NCBI GenBank assembly: GCA_000442015.1
Contig: KE560897.1
Span: 1-58,035 of the forward strand
DNA length: 58,035 bases
Reading direction: 5' to 3'
Source of the DNA: Rozella allomycis CSF55
Lineage: Eukaryota
The notes below the pieces were generated by a model. It did not search any database. It had not been told where the DNA came from and saw only the letters and a program-made list of their open reading frames with translations. Both the position numbers and the translations under genes were made by a program. Shown one piece after another: positions 53,101 through 58,035 of this stretch (its first letter is position 1; each line of letters starts with the position of its first letter).

Positions 53101-56100
53101 AAATTTCAGGCAAATAATGCGGATTCCTCAGCTTTGTCGTAATATAAAACCTAAAATCATGCGAAAACTCAATAACGGAATCCCCAATCCTAATAAACAA
53201 CTGCCCACCCTGCTTAAACGTCTGCTTCAACAACAACGGCTCCAACACTGGGTCCAACTCTTCACCCACATTCTCCAACAGAACTGGCGTCCCAAACTGA
53301 ATTGCATTCTCCAACGTTCTCATGTAATCCGCGTCAGACAGTTTAATCACCTGTAAGCCCCTTGATTTCTCCATATTCTTAATCCACCTATTAGCCTGCC
53401 CCTGTGGATCTATCATCAGCGGCCATCTAGCTGTATTAGACGAAATCACAGCATTGTCAATCGAAAACGAATCATTCGGAAGCCCATTAATAATCCACTT
53501 TCTAATATTCACAGGCTCACCCAAAGTATTCGCAATCTTAATCGCAGAAGAACTGGGAATCTTCTTTTCTTTGCATATCTTTATCCAATCATTCAAACAC
53601 TCATCTCTAAAACTTTTGGTAAAGGCACCCAAATAAGCCACAGATCCAGACGCAATCAAAACATCACCTAACTCACCAACTAATAATCAATCTACCCAAC
53701 AGCGTCTCATAAACAATATCCAACTCTTCAGCAACCCTCGTCCATCTCTCTTTCTCATCTCCAAGCGAATTAATCAGCTTTTCCGCTCTCACAAGCTGTT
53801 TCGAACAATTATCCACTTGCAGTTCCAAAGATTCCTTCTTTTTCGTCATTTCTTCAAACTTTAGCTCCAACTTGGTCATCCTCTCTTCAACAGATTTCAG
53901 CTGCAGCCTCTTTTCAGTCAACTTTTGCATCGTTTCAGCCAACTCCTTTTCAGCAATCGCCAACGCTTCCTTCTTGGGCGCAACCACCTTGGCCACCCTG
54001 TCGTAACACTCCATCGCTCTCACCCATCTACACAGCCCTTCAGCTGCCGACGACGCATTCTTCACCTATCATTACATCTATTGAAACAAATTACTTTTTC
54101 AGGATCAAATTCAGGATTGTCCATATACTTTTGCCTAATCTGTTTCATTATAGCCGGCTGTATATTATCTCTATCATAAGTTCTCAACGAATCCAGAAAC
54201 TTCATATCAGACATCATCGTCTTTGCTGGCCCCCAATAGTCATCAATCTTCTTGCCAGGCGAATTCGGATCTGGTATTTTCACGCTCTTCACATCCTTCA
54301 TTATACAAACAGCCTCCATCACCAGCTTCACATTGCCTATCCCAATAAACCACTTTCATTACCAGGCGGAGACTTCATTGACTTTAGCAGCGTTATATCC
54401 TGCGCCTTCAAAGTATCCAAAGCAGCCAACGCAGCTTCAAGAGCCGGCAGCGCTTCCGCCAGATCATGCTCACACTCCTCCTTCATTCTCGTTGAACTCG
54501 CCGCTTGCTCACTTGCAACCGCTTCATCCTTTTGCACAACAACTCTAACCTGCTGAACTTCATGCGACTCTTTCTCAATCTGTTTCATAATAACGTCAGT
54601 CTCCTCCTTTGTTTTAATCAACTCTGGCTGCAGCGCTTCCAATTCTTTCTGCATTTTGGCCACCGACAGAGACGCAAATTTAAGCTTTTCCAATCCATTC
54701 ACATACCTGAATCTATAAGTGGAAATTTCTTCTTGTTTCTGCTTTAATAAACTCTTGAATGTTTTCAGTAGCTCTAAATATGAAGTTGGAGTGACATAGT
54801 TTCTTCTTTTGAGTTCTGAATAGTACTTTTTTGAAAGGGAAATGACGCTGTTGTGAAAGTACATGCACATGAATGAAATGTTGTCGATTGGAATGTCTTT
54901 GAAATCCATCACACTGAGAAATTTATTAGCAACAATTTTAAGAGCATCTTCAGGCCATGTTTGGTACCAAGCTATTGTACAACAATTAATAATGGATGGG
55001 TATTGTCTCAATCTAACTCTGAACACATCACCAATAGGACTCATGCACAATACTATATGAAGATTTTCACAACATCTATCAGTGAAACATTTCATTACAG
55101 CATTGGGTCCCTGTACACTTGGATTATTACTTTTAATTAATTCTGTTATGTTTTGTTTATCTTCTGCTGTTAACAGATTTGGTACTTGCCCTGAATTCAA
55201 TAGATTGTTTATATCTTGAAGGAATGTTTCATTCTTTATTTGATTGTCTGAAAATAGAAACACAACTTGTTTGTCTTCTCCACCCGCCTTTTTTAATAAA
55301 CCTCTAAGAAAATCTTGCCAATCTGCGTAACCAAAATTCTTTGATATTTCAACTTGAAACAAATCAATATTCTTAATATACGCTGCCAATCTTTTCAAAT
55401 AGAAATAAAATTAATTACCTAGATTAAACATAGATTATGTATTGGTTACCTGGTTAATGATTGTCTTCCACTGCCACCAACACCAACTAACAACATATGG
55501 CCTCTTGGTTGTTGCAGCACTCTACTAATCCTCAACAAATGTTCAATAGCAAACCTAAGTAACAAATTTAACAAATAATTTACCTAATTTCAAACTACAA
55601 AAACCACTTTACCTATAATTAACCCCTCAACACCATTTTACCTAAACATGACCAAATCCATCGGCTTCTTTGACAACGCATTATGATCCACCAAATACTT
55701 TTCAATCAACGCAGCCAACTCGTCAAACCTAACAATCTCTCTATAATATTTCTGATTCTCTTCGCCCGGCACAAAATCACAAAACATTAATTTGCGCAAA
55801 TCAGACTCTACAATCTCACTCTCGCTCTTGTATTGCTCCATACACGATTCAAAGGAATTATTAAATGAACTGTTCACAACATCTCGTATCAGAGTAAAGA
55901 ACCATTGGCGGTCAGAATCGTCCACTAGTCGGTCGTAGAACACGCGGTACACTTCGTGTGTCCAGAGTCTGACCAGCTGGTCTTTACTGGCAATACTCTT
56001 ACTACAACTAGTCAGTATTCCTATCAACTAAAACTTCAAATGTTTACCTTTCACTACTCGAGCAAAGTCTCTAAGATTAAACGTATAATGACTCTTGGCT

Positions 56101-58035
56101 GGCGTCGGCAGTAGATTCTTCATAGACTCTCTATAAACTCTTCTCGTAGCTTCAACAACTCGACCACCAAGCGAAACAATCTCTGCACTAAACTGCTTTG
56201 AGAAATGCCAATCAATAATAGTCTTGAATATTCTATCCAACGTCTGATCATCAAAATTGGTTAATCCAATGGCATTAAAATGACCTTTCAAACTCAACTG
56301 ATTCAATTACCCAAATATCTAGGTGTGACAACATTCTTTGCAGTTGTAGCAACCATCGCAGTAATAAACTGAATATCAACAAACTCTTGCATGTTCTTTT
56401 CATTCAAATTATACCAACCGCCATGATCCATCCACTGGCGAAGTAATTCTATTGGCGGCTGTGCTCCATACTGCTCTTTCAGTGGCATTGACAAATCATC
56501 AACAAAGATTAAACACTTTTTGCCAATTGGAGGTCCAAACACTCCCTTTCTTCTCTTTTCTATTTTAGATTCAATCATTTCTTGCGTTTGGTTGCATGTT
56601 GTTGTTGCTGAAAAGGTTATAAATATTTGATTAAACTTTTCTGCAGATAATTTCTTTGAAAGCACATCTTTTATATAAGCACTTTTACCTTGTAATGTTA
56701 ACAATAGTTTCTTTTACCTATATATATTCAACTTAGACTTCTGATTACCTAGTCTCAATAACACTATCTCTAATTACCTGTTCCAGTTGACCCAACAAAT
56801 AATACAGCCTTCATATTAACAACCAACATCTTCAAAAGATAAGAATATTTAGCAGTATCAGCAGTCTCTACCAAGATTTCTTCATATTTAGCATTCAATG
56901 GAATAACTGTTTTATTTATAGTTGAATTCCAATGAACCCATTCACCATCCTTTAAACAATAATCATACACATTCCCAGGCACGGCAGATTTCAATTCTAA
57001 CTTTGGAATAATTGACTGTTTTAAGAATGCGTCAAATTTTGTTCTTCCTTCTTCGTTTAGGCAGCCACCGAGAGACCAAACCAAGCAAAACAAAAAGACC
57101 ATTGACATAGGGTTTGAATTAGCTGAATTCGCATTAGAATTATTAGAACTAAACGTATTTGAATTGATATCATTGGAAATGTAAAAACTCTCAATCATAT
57201 TCATCAAAGAAACCACCAAATTAGAATCCTGCGTCTGACACATCTCCCCACAATTCCCTCTAACAAAGCCCAAACACTCATCCACCAGCTCAAACAGCGG
57301 CACATACCCACCATTAATCCACCTCAAACTCTGGTTCGCACCCGCATTCAATTCACACTTTCTCAACCACGAAACAAACAGCGGCTTCCATCCAAGACTC
57401 GACGGCTGCATATATATCATCCCACACCTGCTCACAGTCGCAGGAGAGGCAGCCTCCAGATCCTTCACCTCGAACATCATGCTCATCGTAGAAGACAGTT
57501 GTATAATCTCGCCGCTCGTCAAACAAAGCTTCTTGTTGTCGTCCAGCACTGTATTCATATTCTCAATCCAGATAGCATCCACTGGACCATCAAACACTAT
57601 CCACTTTCTGTCGGGGCTCGTTGATGATGAAAATGTGCGGAAAATAACAGCCAACACTCCGTCAGACCATTCATGCGTTATTTGGTCGAATTGGCCATAC
57701 AGTTGGCCCATTGTAATTGATTTGGGATTAATAACTGACACTTGCACTTTTTCATTCATTTCTGTTAATGCTTTCTGCAGAACTTTGTAACATGCTGTTT
57801 TGCCACTGAAGGGTTCTCCTACAAGCATAAATCCATGTCTAACCAGCATCATTTCATACACTTGCAACACCTTTCAAACATAAAATTAAAGTTTACTTTG
57901 TCAATGAATACAGGGACTGGTTGAAGGTTTAATTTTTCACATGATTCTGTTATAGATTTTATTAAATTTCCGTGATCAGCTTTTGGCAATTCAGTTCCCG
58001 GAAACAAATCAGATATTATACCTTTTGAGATTAAA
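50186..58035 (-). CDS. Axonemal inner-arm dynein heavy chain (DNAH3/7/12-like), 5' end outside the window
   Basis: P-loops [25 protein letters not shown]; stalk/microtubule-binding region; SLGQGQG; C-terminal [15 protein letters not shown]...HWINRGVA. Confidence 0.96.
52982..53037 (-). other. Stacked intron, 2 units (28+28 nt)
   Basis: gtaaataggttattaaagactaatatag|gtaacatagatattcacaacttacttag between DQLLG and [11 protein letters not shown]. Confidence 0.85.
55391..55449 (-). other. Stacked intron, 2 units (31+28 nt)
   Basis: gtaaccaatacataatctatgtttaatctag|gtaattaattttatttctatttgaaaag within RQSLTR|LAAY. Confidence 0.85.
55555..55641 (-). other. Stacked intron, 3 units (29+29+29 nt)
   Basis: gtaaaatggtgttgaggggttaattatag|gtaaagtggtttttgtagtttgaaattag|gtaaattatttgttaaatttgttacttag within MDLVMFR|FAIEH. 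Confidence 0.9.
56689..56777 (-). other. Stacked intron, 3 units (29+31+29 nt)
   Basis: gtaattagagatagtgttattgagactag|gtaatcagaagtctaagttgaatatatatag|gtaaaagaaactattgttaacattacaag, splitting the P-loop GSTGTG|KS. Confidence 0.9.

Noticed and set aside
55555-55641. Periodic TTTACCTA units resembling a CRISPR array or minisatellite
   Set aside because: The repeated part is just the reverse-complemented AG|GTAAA splice junction; the context is eukaryotic with no cas genes.
57110-57180. Asn/Ser-rich insertion in dynein
   Set aside because: Ordinary low-complexity loop expansion.

Overview
This is a eukaryotic, AT-rich, very gene-dense window with about 30 protein-coding loci, many only 30-150 bp apart, interrupted by tiny (~26-31 nt) GT-AG introns. 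It carries flagellar genes (axonemal dynein heavy chain, DRC1, a divergent AHI1/Jouberin), fungal-type mitochondrial genes (Mdm31, Oct1, Tim50, mL57, uL29m) and lineage-specific secreted/membrane families. That mix fits a zoosporic early-diverging fungus or relative such as Rozella/Cryptomycota (inference). The most striking signal is in the dynein gene: all four introns longer than the norm (56, 59, 87, 89 nt) are exact head-to-tail stacks of two or three normal-sized introns (28-31 nt, each GTAA...AG) joined at AG|GT with no exon between them. This points to recursive splicing through zero-length exons or repeated intron gain at one site. Other items: an ACCCYTG-like motif just upstream of many start codons, two unannotated spliced microproteins, a three-member secreted/multi-TM family sharing an intron position, a secreted DCxE protein, a triple-frameshifted GPCR pseudogene and a probably dual-targeted ValRS. 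Product calls rest on recognised motifs; no searches were run.
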